DNA from: Octopus sinensis
Taxonomy: Eukaryota
NCBI RefSeq assembly: GCF_006345805.1
Contig: NW_021827500.1
Coordinates: 1-33,179 of the forward strand
Length of the DNA: 33,179 nt
Direction: 5' to 3'
In this document: piece by piece, positions 1 to 10,745 of the stretch
Numbering within the stretch: the stretch's first letter is position 1
How the letters are laid out: each line of letters starts with the position of its first letter
Notes under the pieces: generated by a model
What the model was told of the DNA's origin: nothing
Database searches by the model: none
The model's input: only the letters and a program-made list of their open reading frames with translations
Made by a program: the position numbers and the translations under genes

Positions 1-204
1 GAAAGGCAGAGAGAGAAGCCATCTTGTTTCACTCGGTTGAGTCCAAAGTGATAATTTATACAGGAAATCTTCGTAAAGTATACGTGTGAAGGAAATTTGT
101 ATTATCATCATGAAACAATTAGCTAACGAACAATAATACTGCATGTGTATGTATATGTATGAATATGTGTGTGTGTGTCAATTTATATGTATGCGTGTTT
201 ATAA

Positions 205-240
<36 letters not shown>

Positions 241-1435
241 GTAGTGTGCGTGTGCGTATGTAATTTATATTGGGTAATTTTATGACCATAACTAAGCATA
301 TCGACAAATGCGGTTCGATAAAATGGGTACATGGCTGAAATATATACTGTGTGGCTATAAGTTAAACTTCTTAACGTTTACATACATATACACACATACA
401 TGTATATGTTAGTGTATACATGTATATATACTTATGTATTTGTTGTGTACGTATATATACATATGCATATATGTATATGTGTGTGCATGCGTTTTCTGTG
501 AATGCTTGTGTATGTGTGTGTATGTAGATATGTATGTATATGTGGGTGTATATGTATGTACACTTAGCTATTCACTGCATTTATACTCTTAATTTCGTTC
601 ACGCATGCAGAACATAACCGTGCAATCAATCAGATTGTTTGTGAATAATGGTGCGAGGTATTTTGCCGTAGACCATTTGTTAAATCGGTTCTCAGTAGTT
701 AACGCTAGTCACATGGTCGGGTTTGTTGTATATTTGATGGAACTGGTGTAGCGTTGAAGAAAACTGAGTCAAGGGCAATTACTCAAGAATATTGCTGATT
801 GTGTCACTCTATCCTTCAGCGGAACAGTTACTGCATGCTTTACTTAGCAGAAAAGTTCTGTTTCTTGAATCGACGCGAAGATCGGATATATCCTCCAAAA
901 ACCACCACTGGAGGAAGTTTCACTTGAAAGTTATTTTTGTCGCTAGTATACCATAAAAAACCTGTTTGAGCCAGCTTTGCGGAGTAATCACTATTGACAC
1001 TCATAAATGAAATGAACTATCATCCTTTACACAACAATAACTCGACAAACAGGAGCCATGCCATCTGTGAATCTACAACGAATCCGATCATTTGTAGAGA
1101 CTGACCAATGAAAACCGATCTAGCAAGTTCTCAACGCATATGACATTCTCACCTTTATCCGCAATATAGTCTGGTTGATCATCCACTTATATTCTGTGTC
1201 CTTATGTGAAACTTTGTTTAGCAATGAAATGACTGATTTAATGAGGTTCTTGTTTTCAATAAATACAAAAAAATATTCCGGTGTTGAGTACCTTTTATTT
1301 GTACAAACAAAAGTAATATGTGTGCACCCAATATCTTCCTTCCTTCCGGTTAATTCGACATATGAAACCGGTAATCCAGACACGTTTTTTATCACTCAGT
1401 TATTTTCCTCTTTCCATTGTTTTCTTTCATCATTC

Positions 1436-1471
1436 CTTTCTGCGGAAGAATGTAGGTTCAAAACGTCAAAG
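1436..1471 (+). ncRNA. Degenerate hammerhead-like motif (GAGC..GCTC family)
   Basis: CTTT-CTGCGGAA-GAAT-GTAG-GTTC-AAAA-CG-TC-AAAG; homologous to 21808-21843. Confidence 0.3.
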
Positions 1472-1593
1472 ACCCTTCCATTTTTTGCTCAGCATCAAGC
1501 TAATACACCTTGTTTGTTGCCTCCTCATCTGTCTATGCTTTTTTTTTTGTATTTTGTACAAATTTAAACCACGTAAATACGTGTCTGCATGTG

Positions 1594-1632
<39 letters not shown>

Positions 1633-2457
1633 TGTATGTGTGTGCGTGTGTTGTGTGCGTGTGCGTGTACCTTTGTACCTTTGACATTTATATTGTCAGA
1701 ACAATGGATTAAATCCAATAAAACCAAAAGTAAGTAAAACTATTGACATATCTTCTGCCTGCCTAACAAAAAGAGACACACCCAAATAAGCACACTCTTT
1801 TGCAAAGTTCTGCAAACGTGAATGAATTCTAGGCAATAACATAACCTCAAATTTAATCAATAAAAATTTCTCTAAAACACCTCTCCAAAACAACTCATCC
1901 TAACACCTAATTAGTACTCCGCTCAAACTCGCATTCTCAAAAAAGATTTTAACTTCACAGGGAGTATATAAAACCAAGCTTCATTTCGATGCATTGCTTT
2001 GAGAAGGGATAGGCAAAAGCACTCTACAACCTATCTCTATTCTTTCTATCTCTCTCCCTCTTTCGTTCTTCTTCCTTTCAGCTTCTTCTCTCCCACCCTT
2101 TCCCTATTCTTCTCTATTTACCGCAGGTTGAGTTCCGCATTTGCGCATCGAATTCGAAAAATAAGATCCTATAGACACGTGGCTGATTATTTATCGCTCC
2201 GTATCTATGTGTTCGGTCCTGGTAACCTACTGAAGAAACAGCGCCAGATATAAACTGAAATTATTTTATTTCAATCTGTATTTAAGTCTGCAGAAACCTT
2301 GCAGGGTCTAGGATAATAATGTAATAGTTTTTATTTTTCAATCACTTTCGGAATTACAACAATTAGTGGCTTAGAGTTTAACTGCTCTTTCTCGTGAGTC
2401 AGATAACCTATTCTTTGGGTATCTCTTATGTGTTTGAATGTACACTGTATTCTTATA

Positions 2458-2510
<53 letters not shown>

Positions 2511-2530
2511 ATTTATGTGCTATCTGAGGT

Positions 2531-2587
2531 ATTCCACTGATGAGGCAGAGCATGTCTTATGCAAAGCCAGAAATCCGAGAATGGAAT
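2531..2587 (+). ncRNA. Type I hammerhead motif with degenerate stem III, in a roughly 2500-2730 short element
   Basis: ATTCCA-CTGATGA-GGC..GCAT/ATGC..GCC-A-GAAA-TCCGAGAA-TGGAAT; 6-bp stem I; homologous copy at 17170-17400 (-). Confidence 0.55.
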
Positions 2588-3129
2588 TATCCAGTAATTT
2601 TTTTGCTGGTTTATTTTGTCTCTTTGTCTTCTCTCCTGGGGCTGTATGAACATTTAATGTGGTTTTAGAGTCAAGTTTTGACTGCTATTTCCAGCGTGGA
2701 GATATCTCTTAGATACCCAAAATTATAATTTTATATATATATATAAGCGTATATATTCACGCATACAAACACTGCAACTACACAAATATATCGCTTTCAC
2801 AATTTTAAGTAACATATTTAAGTCGACTCGATAAATGGCGCCAGCCAAAACTTGAAATGTCGAAGAAGATTTTATTTATGATATGCAGGGATTTGAATTC
2901 TTTTCTTTACTTACAAAATATTTTCCAGAGAGCTATATACACAAAATTCCTAACCGTTATGTTCATTGAACGATGTTCCATTAATCTACTGGATATGTGT
3001 TTGGAAATATAATGATGCAGATTAATAAAATATTTGAAAATTCCATTGGTTCCCTCGAAGGATTTCTGGAATAACATTACTAGACAAGGGACGTAGCTCA
3101 GGTGTTAGGAAATCTGTCGAGGTCGCATT

Positions 3130-3400
3130 GGGGGGTTACTGTTCCGGTACTATGGACACGTGATTAGGATGTCGCAGGAAAGAATCGCGTTGTTGATTCT
3201 TCAAGCTGGACAATTAGTCAGGAGACCTAGGAATAAACCAAGAACGAAATGGTTGGACAATGTCCATAGTTTCCTTTGGTCACGCTTGGGAATCAAGCCG
3301 GAGAATCTATTGACGGTTGCTTCTTATAGTATCCTATCGAACAGACGCCTGCGAACTCAGTCCCCACGACCCTCTTAGGAATAATGAGCGAAGAAAATGC
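3130..3400 (+). mobile_element. LINE RT C-terminal/3' fragment (RTE-like)
   Basis: LFRYYGHVIRMSQERIA...RRPRNKPRTKWLDNV matches the W/Y-x-GHV-x-RM...RP-x-GRP-x-x-x-W-x-D motif of LINE C-termini. Confidence 0.75.
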
Positions 3401-4193
3401 AAGGATGGGATTAAACTTTTGTATGGTCATATTGGTGGAGGATGATCACATCTAATCCAGATTAAACCTGGATTAAATACGATCATCCTATTTCCCTCAA
3501 AATCAATTTCTTCTCCATTATTACGTTTATTACGTCAACACAGATTTTTCCCGATCGGTTCTCCCCTGCACCCAACCCATTCTCTATTATACTCCTTCAA
3601 GGAAACAAATAGCTGATTGTGCAAATGTATATATGAGAGTGTATATATTTATGTTACAACCCCAGAAGAGAATATACGCATGCCACCACCCAACTGACGC
3701 AATTATGTCCAAGTTGGTTCCAAATACAATGAAAACTGGGTATGGCTTCTTTGACAGCATCTACCCATTTCTCAGTCAATACACATACTAAAAGAGTCGT
3801 TGCTCTGCAGATTTTGTCCGTTGGAGGCTCCTTAAGGTTCTTTTAAAAAATGTGCAAACACGCTTAAAGATTTTTGATGTTTTAAAAAAATAAAATGATA
3901 AAAGTAAAAAATAAGCTGTCACAAATTATCAGAAACTTTAATTCAATCTTTAAAATATTTATACATTCTAAACCGGAAATGTAATGAAAGAAATGGTTTG
4001 AGAGATTCTGTTTCAAATCTGTTTGAAGTTTGATTTAATGACAGACAGCTGGGTTTCTATGTTTGCATCTGCAGTCGTTATATAACGGCGTATAAAATGA
4101 ATATTCTGCTTTGTATAAATACGTAGTTTGCAAGGGAAAAAGTACTGAAATAATCTTTTCTGGTATTCCTCTTGTATAGAGCCGGAACAAAGA

Positions 4194-4233
4194 CCACAAG
4201 ACGTTTCGCCCTGTGGCGAGTCTTCGATGTTCA
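4194..4233 (-). ncRNA. Hammerhead-like vestige
   Basis: TCGAAGA-CTC-GCC-ACAG-GGC-GAAA-CG-TC; stem I pairs poorly. Confidence 0.25.
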
Positions 4234-4284
4234 ACTGTATCCCTCTCCCCACAAAATCCAGGCCTTGTGCCTATAGTAGAAAAG

Positions 4285-4337
<53 letters not shown>

Positions 4338-4338
<1 letters not shown>

Positions 4339-4745
4339 TTAATTATTGAGTGAGAGAGCAGTGTGTACCATCAAAGTGACACTGGGGTAAAATATACGAA
4401 GTCCAGTATACCCATCATGACTACCCGCCTGATAATGGTACGCCCGGCACATGCATCACAACCATATGTACGTGACATGGTGATTTCATATCAAGATAAA
4501 CAGCACATGACCTTGAAGATGGGACCCAGTTAGAATTTTCTTCTGGTCGAATAGCCCATCCCGCTCAAAAGTTCCCTGAATAAGAGTTGTTTGAGAATAA
4601 GGGTTGAACGAAATATCCATGTTTCCAGAGGTGAATTATCCAAACCTCAAAGAATTTTTCTCAACACATGCTTATGATGCTCCCTCATTACATCTGCTCG
4701 TGATCAGAGTTGCACATATCGTCAGCCACTAAGGGACATGCTCAA
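4338..4745 (-). mobile_element. Probable interspersed repeat (retroposon 3' region with (AAT)n tail)
   Basis: Non-coding block ending in the (ATT)n tract at 4286-4338. It resembles an octopus repeat from memory only and occurs once in this window. Confidence 0.35.
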
Positions 4746-4863
4746 CTTCATTTTGGTTAATATATAAAGGATTGAGGAAACTCCTCCAGAAGATATAATA
4801 TTAAAATCACAAGAAAAGTGCCATTGTCATCCTCAATCCTTTATATATTAACCAAAATGAAGT
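4745..4863. repeat. Perfect 34-bp inverted repeat with 51-bp spacer
   Basis: 4745-4778 is the exact reverse complement of 4830-4863. Confidence 0.95.
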
Positions 4864-4883
4864 AGATTGACAAAATTATTTTT

Positions 4884-4921
4884 TGAACCTGTTGAAGACA
4901 CAGATGTCGAAATATTTTTCA
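4884..4921 (+). ncRNA. Hammerhead-like motif with variant core
   Basis: TGAAC-CTGTTGA-A-GAC-ACAGAT-GTC-GAAA-TA-TT-TTTCA. Confidence 0.4.
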
Positions 4922-4978
4922 CTAGATGACAATGGCACTCTTCTTTTAATATTAATATTAACATTATTATTATTATTA

Positions 4979-5009
<31 letters not shown>

Positions 5010-5027
5010 GTTATTGTATTATTATTA

Positions 5028-5066
<39 letters not shown>

Positions 5067-5070
5067 CATT

Positions 5071-5292
5071 AAGGTGGAGAGCTGACGAAATCGTTTGTAC
5101 GCCGGATAAAATGTTTAGAGGCATTTCGACGGTCTTTACGTTCTGAGTTCAAATTCCGCAGAAGTCGACTTTACCTTTCATCCTTTTCGGGGTCGATAAA
5201 ATAAGTATCACTCAAGTACTGGGTTCGATGTAATCAATTCGCCCCTTTCCCACCAAAATTTCAGGCTTTGTACTTTTAGTAGAAAGGATTAT
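5071..5292 (+). mobile_element. SINE family A (Nin/Deu-like core GTCGACTTTGCCTTTCATCCTTTCGGGGTCGATAAA)
   Basis: Homologous to 12064, 19746, 25606 and 25922; B-box-like GAGTTCAAATTCC. Confidence 0.8.
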
Positions 5293-5298
5293 CATTAA

Positions 5299-5525
5299 AA
5301 GCGGCGAGCTGGGAGAATTGCTAGCGTACCGGACAAAATGCTTAGTGGTATTTCTTCCGGCTTTTGACAATCTGAGTTCATATCCAGCCGAGGTCAATTT
5401 TGCTTTCCATACTTTTGAGATCGATAAAATAAAGAATCAAGAAAGTACTAGAAACGATGGCATTGACTTAACACACCACCCCCCACCCTTAAAATTGTTG
5501 CATTCTATGTAAATCAGGAACCATT
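5299..5525 (+). mobile_element. SINE family A, diverged
   Basis: Head GGCGAGCTGG..AAATGCTTAG and core GAGGTCAATTTTGCTTTCCAT..GATCGATAAAA. Confidence 0.7.
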
Positions 5526-5544
5526 TCCTTGGCACACGGTGATT

Positions 5545-5995
5545 AGGCGCAGGTGTGGGTGGGTGGTAAGCAGTTTTCTTCCCAACCACATGGTTCTGAG
5601 TTCAATCCTTCAACGATTTCTTCTAAAACTGCAAACCGACCAAAGCTTTGTTAGTGGATTGATAAACGGAAACTGAAAGAAGCTCGCTGTATATAATTGT
5701 GTGTACATGTGTGTGTGTGTGTGTGTGGGGGGTGAACGTGTGTATGTTTGTGTGTATGTGTGTGTGTTGTGTGTCTGTGTCTTTGTGTCTGTGTGTCTTT
5801 GTGTCCTCCACCGCCGTTTGACAACCGGTGTTGGTTTGTTTACGTGCCCATCATTTAGCCGTTCAATAAATGATAACGATAGAATAACTACCAGCCTTTT
5901 AAAAAAACAGTACTGGGATCGCTTCAATCGACTAAAATTCCTCAAGGTGGTGCCCCAGAATAGCCGCAGTCTGAAACAAGTAAAAGATAAGAGAA
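5545..5995 (+). mobile_element. SINE family B (GGCGCAGG..TGGTAAG head, internal (TG)n, CTGAAACAAGTAAAAGA tail)
   Basis: Homologous to 10436-10882, 17471-17635, 26549-26712 and the tail fragment at 21600-21685. Confidence 0.8.
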
Positions 5996-6481
5996 AAGAT
6001 TTCGAAACCATTTCTCAAATTAAAGAAAGCATTCCAATTCTTGAAATCATTTCTGGAAAACGCGTTGAAGAATTCTTTGCATTACCATTATTTCTTTGAT
6101 TCACTGGATAAATTCTTTAAATCAAAGAAACTCTCAAAGTCGCGATTTCGTATGCAAGTTTTCCAAGAAACCTAATTTCCTTTTGAAAGTTTTGACCAAA
6201 AAAGTTCCTTGTTTCGCTTGCAGAGGGTGGTTTTGTTCCACGTGTAATTGTCAATGTCTTTGAGTAAGTTTACCCATGTCTCTCTCATCTATTCTCAGAG
6301 GGTCTCCAACTGACGCAATACAAGAATTTGATCCGTAAGAACCTTCTATGGCATTTTTCCTTTTTGCTTTTTATTGACTCTCTCAAGAACTCTGTCTTTA
6401 TTTGGACAAGTTCTATTTCTGTTCACACTCTAAAGATTCTTCCTTGACAGGCCTGTACGTATATGTACATATATATGTATG

Positions 6482-6520
<39 letters not shown>

Positions 6521-6529
6521 TATAGTATA

Positions 6530-6567
<38 letters not shown>

Positions 6568-6580
6568 GTATATATATATA

Positions 6581-6902
6581 TATTGTTGTATTTAGGAATG
6601 GTCATTTTGCCAGTTTAGCCAATAAAAACACACGCACTATATATGTGGTGTTACTTTGCTTCAGTGTTATTTATTTTTTACATTAATCTTAATCTTATTT
6701 CGGCCAGAGTTCTTTCGTCACACTCCTGTGACCGCATCAGTGGTCCTTTGTTTTCTTCTTACTTATTTGTGTCTCTCCTTACTATCTCTATGTGCGTTTT
6801 ATGTTTATTTAGTGTGTGTATGTGGGGGATGCCTGTAATATTTGTATCTTCTGTTTATATATGTTCATGTAATTTGTAATTTTATATGTTCATGTAATTT
6901 GT
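6581..6902 (-). repeat. PLE 3' pseudo-LTR (sense to the ORF)
   Basis: Reverse complement of 7847-8214 apart from a roughly 46-bp indel; ends at the (TA)n tract. Confidence 0.9.
6702..6746 (-). ncRNA. Type I hammerhead-like motif in the PLE pLTR (variant core)
   Basis: GGACCA-CTGATGCG-GTCACA-GGAG-TGTGAC-GAAA-GAAC-TC-TGGCC. Confidence 0.55.
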
Positions 6903-7069
6903 ATTTTGTATTTTGTTTTTTGTTTTTTGTTTTTGTTTTTGTTGTTTTTGTTTATTCTTATTTTGTTCGTGTGTTTACATCCACCCATTATTATCATTAC
7001 ATATGCTTGTATGTATGTATGTATGTATGTATAACAACAATACTAGTAATAATAATATAAATTGAATCG

Positions 7070-7073
<4 letters not shown>

Positions 7074-7142
<69 letters not shown>
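7074..7142. repeat. (TA)n microsatellite inside the PLE 3' region
   Basis: Direct reading. Confidence 0.98.
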
Positions 7143-7148
<6 letters not shown>

Positions 7149-7232
7149 CATATATATATATATATAGTTATTTATTTCTATTAGTTTATTTATTTATCTG
7201 TGTATTTATTATGTTTTCAGGATCCTCTATTG

Positions 7233-7846
7233 TCATATGTTGTGGTGCGTGTTAGTGCTCCATTCTAGTTTTCTATTCAGGCTAGGTTTATTTTCTATTA
7301 TGTGTGTGGCTTCTGTAATTTGTCTAATTGTTGCATCTGATCTATGTGAGGATAATATTTTAATTTTTATGTTATTGATTGATCCCCCGTGTTCTTGTTC
7401 GGCGTGTTGGTACAGGATCGATGAGCTTTTACCTTCCTTGAGTTGTCTCCAATGCACATTTACCCGCTCTTCTATGCTTCTTGCCGTTTCCCCTACGTAT
7501 GTCGTTGTCTTGTTACTGCATCGTCCCTCTATACATCTTATACTATAGACTACATATCTGGCTTTACAGTTTGTTTGTGGGCTAAATCTACATACAGTAC
7601 AGTACTTATCCGTACAGGGCGTTCTACTAAAAGGATAAGTTCTACCAATTATAGATTTGATAGGGTTGCCTGGCTTTTCAACAACCTTAATTCTTAGCTT
7701 AAGTTTGTCTAGGGTCCTTGTAAAGCGATACGCCAGTTCACCTCCAGGGGTGGTGTCAACGAACATGACACTCTGGTATTTATGGCTATCATACCAAGAG
7801 TTGGCCTTCCCTATTTTCTTTTTTGTCCTTTCTATAGTGTTCCATG
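7233..7846 (-). CDS. PLE polyprotein C-terminal fragment: post-RT linker, Cys-rich motif and GIY-YIG endonuclease (about 204 codons, open, 5'-truncated)
   Basis: FVDTTPGGELA...KVVEKPG...YPF...C-x4-C-x2-C...NC...YVVYSIRC-x4-C...YVGETARSIEERVNVH...HAEQEH...EATHI...PSLNRKLEW. The N-terminal 28 aa of the listed ORF come from the inverted pLTR and are not real coding sequence. Confidence 0.9.
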
Positions 7847-8214
7847 ACAAATTACATGAACATATAAAATTACAAATTACATGAACATATATAAAAGAAG
7901 ATACAAATATACAGGCATCCCCCACATACACACACTAAATAAACATAAACGCACATAGAGATATAAGCATGCGCAATGAAGACATACAATAGAAATACAA
8001 AATGGCTGACGGTTAGTAAGGAGAGACCAAATAAGTAAGAAGAAAACAAAGGACCACTGATGCGGTCACAGGAGTGTGACGAAAGAACTCTGGCCGAAAT
8101 AATATTAAGATTAATGTAAAAAATAAATAACACTGAAGCAAAGTAACACCAAATATATAGTGCGTGTTTTTATTGGCTAAACTGGCAAAATGACCATTCC
8201 TAAATACAACAATA
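7847..8214 (+). repeat. PLE inverted pseudo-LTR copy at the 5'-truncation junction, followed by a 56-nt extension (8215-8270)
   Basis: Near-identical inverted copy of 6581-6902, abutting the truncated ORF. Confidence 0.9.
8051..8095 (+). ncRNA. Type I hammerhead-like motif in the inverted pLTR (identical to the 6702-6746 copy)
   Basis: Same sequence as 6702-6746: stem II 6 bp, stem I 4/5 bp, A9 replaced by CG. Confidence 0.55.
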
Positions 8215-8284
8215 TCTGTTTCAACACACGACTTCACATAAAAAATCTTGCCAACAACAAATATTAAACGTATATATAATATAT

Positions 8285-8317
<33 letters not shown>

Positions 8318-8587
8318 TATATATAATATATATATATATAATATATGAATATATAAATATACATATAGATAGATACATACATACATACATACATAAGTCT
8401 CTAATTATATATAAATATATAATTATAATGAAGGCTACTGGGAAAATAACCAGCATGCTAGAAATAAAAGTCAAAACGACTCTAAACCACCTAAATCGCT
8501 CATATGCACTGGTAAAGGCGAGGAAATGAGTGAAAATAGAAGATTAGCGCACCTTTTGTGAATAAAAATCACGAGTAGTAAACAGAT

Positions 8588-8641
8588 GATAACATATCGA
8601 TCGATTTCAGGCCCCGCAATAAATACTTAACCCTTCATTAT
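8588..8641 (-). ncRNA. Degenerate hammerhead in a roughly 8430-8700 short element
   Basis: ATAATGA-AGG..CCT-GAAA-TCGATCGA-TA-TGTTATC; perfect palindromic stem III ATCGATCGAT; C3 and G5 mutated. Confidence 0.4.
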
Positions 8642-8780
8642 AATTACATATTTAAACATAAGTATAGACATTTTAATTTTTACCTCTGCGGTTTTAATGC
8701 ATCCCAGCCACTGATATTATTATCATTATTATTTTATAATAATAATGTTATCCTTTATATACATACACACACACACACAC

Positions 8781-8834
<54 letters not shown>

Positions 8835-8969
8835 CATTCACATATATATACACACATGCATATATATGTATATGCATACTTACATATATATGTTTGCATA
8901 TATATATATATATTGATAGAAATGGCAAGAGACCGCGATATTATGTAAATACAGGAATTTATTTGTAAC

Positions 8970-9186
8970 TATAATATGTGACAATTATTCGGTAGCCATG
9001 TTAAAATTCCGAGTTCCGAATGTCGGAGCGGAGACCCACGCTGGCACCTCTTCAGTTATCGGACCATTGATAAGGATAGCATCTTTTTCGATGGCCCGAT
9101 AACTGAAGAGATGCCGGCGTGGTTTCCGCCCCGACATCCGAAACTCGGAGTATTATCATGGTACCGAATAATTGTCGCATATTATA
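8970..9186. mobile_element. Foldback element (arms about 100 bp) with a hammerhead motif in each arm, between (TA)n tracts
   Basis: Arms 8970-9070 and 9088-9186 are imperfect reverse complements; short spacer. Confidence 0.85.
9098..9157 (+). ncRNA. Type I minimal hammerhead ribozyme candidate
   Basis: GATAA-CTGAAGA-GATGCCGG..CCGACATC-C-GAAA-CTCGGAG-TA-TTATC; predicted GUA cleavage after 9152. Confidence 0.65.
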
Positions 9187-9191
9187 TTTAC

Positions 9192-9270
<79 letters not shown>

Positions 9271-10020
9271 ATATATGCACAACCATACATCATACATACT
9301 ATACATACATAGTTAAATAAGACTCGGGTAAGCACTTTGTAAAATGCTATGCAAAGCTCGTCCAGTTATTGGCTACCTGATGTCATCATGCAGTGAAAAT
9401 GCACATGCTACTGTATATACCTCAAGAATCGCATAGTATCCATTAAGTTTATATAAAACAGATAAAGGATAGAAAATGGAACGAACATTCTTTATCTAAA
9501 ATCACTACAATTACCTCCAACACGTTTTTACCCATTCGTATGTTGTTGTGTAATCATTATCATCCATCGAAGTTGTAAAATAAGTCTTTCATTGGATCCC
9601 CTCGTCGTCATTTCACTCAGTTTGATAATGTATACCCAGAGTGATGTGTCGTTGCCAGCAGTTTGCAGACACAACTAAACCCATAGATACAGTAACAGAG
9701 AAAATACAATTATAATTGAAATACAAAATACAGAAATAAAGAGACAGAAGAAAAGAAAAAAGGTCAGTGTTCACAACAGATTACCGTTTTGTCTTAATGG
9801 TCAGATTATAAGGAAGAAAGTTCTAAAGAGACTGAGGAATAAAATGAAGCATTTATGTGTGTGCATGTGCGTGTGTACGTATACATGCGTGTGTGTGTGA
9901 GAGTGTGTGTACGTACATTTATAAATATATATATATACACTCAGTGAGAGGCATAAATATATATGTGTTAAGTGTGTGTGAGTGAGTGTGTGTGTACGTA
10001 CGTATGTATATATATATATA

Positions 10021-10074
<54 letters not shown>

Positions 10075-10345
10075 CATATAGATATGTGTGTGAGTGTGTG
10101 TGAGTGTGTGAGTGTGTGTTTGTCTGTGTGTTTGTGTGGATATATATCAAAGGTTAATATAAACAGCTAAGCACAATAAAATACCATACAGGAAATATTC
10201 TATCATCACTAATTGTGACTGAGGCTGCCGGAGCGCCCATACTGCAAGAAATAAGAGTTAGAAGCGCGTAATATATATATATATATATATATATATACAC
10301 TGAAAGGAGAGATAACCGCCCCATGAGCACCTCTAGGATCACTAA

Positions 10346-10387
10346 ACTAGACTAGTTTTGCCTATCACTCGTAGACTCGTCAGTAGT
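10346..10387 (-). ncRNA. Type I minimal hammerhead with a single G12A substitution
   Basis: ACTA-CTGACGA-GTCTA-CGAGTGA-TAGGC-AAAA-CTAG-TC-TAGT; stem III is the ACTAGT palindrome; GUC site. Confidence 0.65.
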
Positions 10388-10435
10388 GACTACTCAGACG
10401 CTTGATACTGTAGCTAAATCTGGCTGTCAGTGTTC

Positions 10436-10698
10436 TTTTATTCTTTTATTCTTTTACTTGTTTCAGTCATTTGACTGCGGCCATGCCGGAGCACCGCCTT
10501 TAGTCGAGCAAATCGTCACCAAGTCATATTCTTTGTAAGCCTAGTACTTATTCTATCGTTCTCTCTTGCTAAACCTCTAAGTCACGGGGACGTAAACACA
10601 CCAGCAACGGTTGTCAAGCGATGATGTGGGGAATGTGGGGGACAAACACACACACATATATATATGTATGTATGTATATGTATGTATTATATATATAT

Positions 10699-10745
<47 letters not shown>

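Larger units (their letters stand above)
6581..8270 (-). mobile_element. 5'-truncated Penelope-like retroelement (Neptune/Nematis-type) with inverted pLTRs, embedded in (TA)n
   Basis: GIY-YIG ORF 7233-7846 flanked by inverted copies of one 320-370 bp sequence (6581-6902 and 7847-8214). (TA)n tracts lie on both sides (about 6486-6580 and 8271-8345). Confidence 0.9.

Noticed and set aside
620-1395. Non-repetitive island with 91-aa and 130-aa ORFs, possibly a decayed transposase or exon
   Set aside because: No recognisable motif or convincing splice sites.
5995-6450. Minus-strand peptide fragments (ELVQIKTEFLRESIK; WVNLLKD..LSKG) faintly like a PLE N-terminal region
   Set aside because: Interrupted by stops and too weak to call without an HMM search.
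9500-9700. 48-codon open frame on the minus strand after a pyrimidine-rich tract
   Set aside because: No recognisable protein similarity, and the length is within chance expectation.
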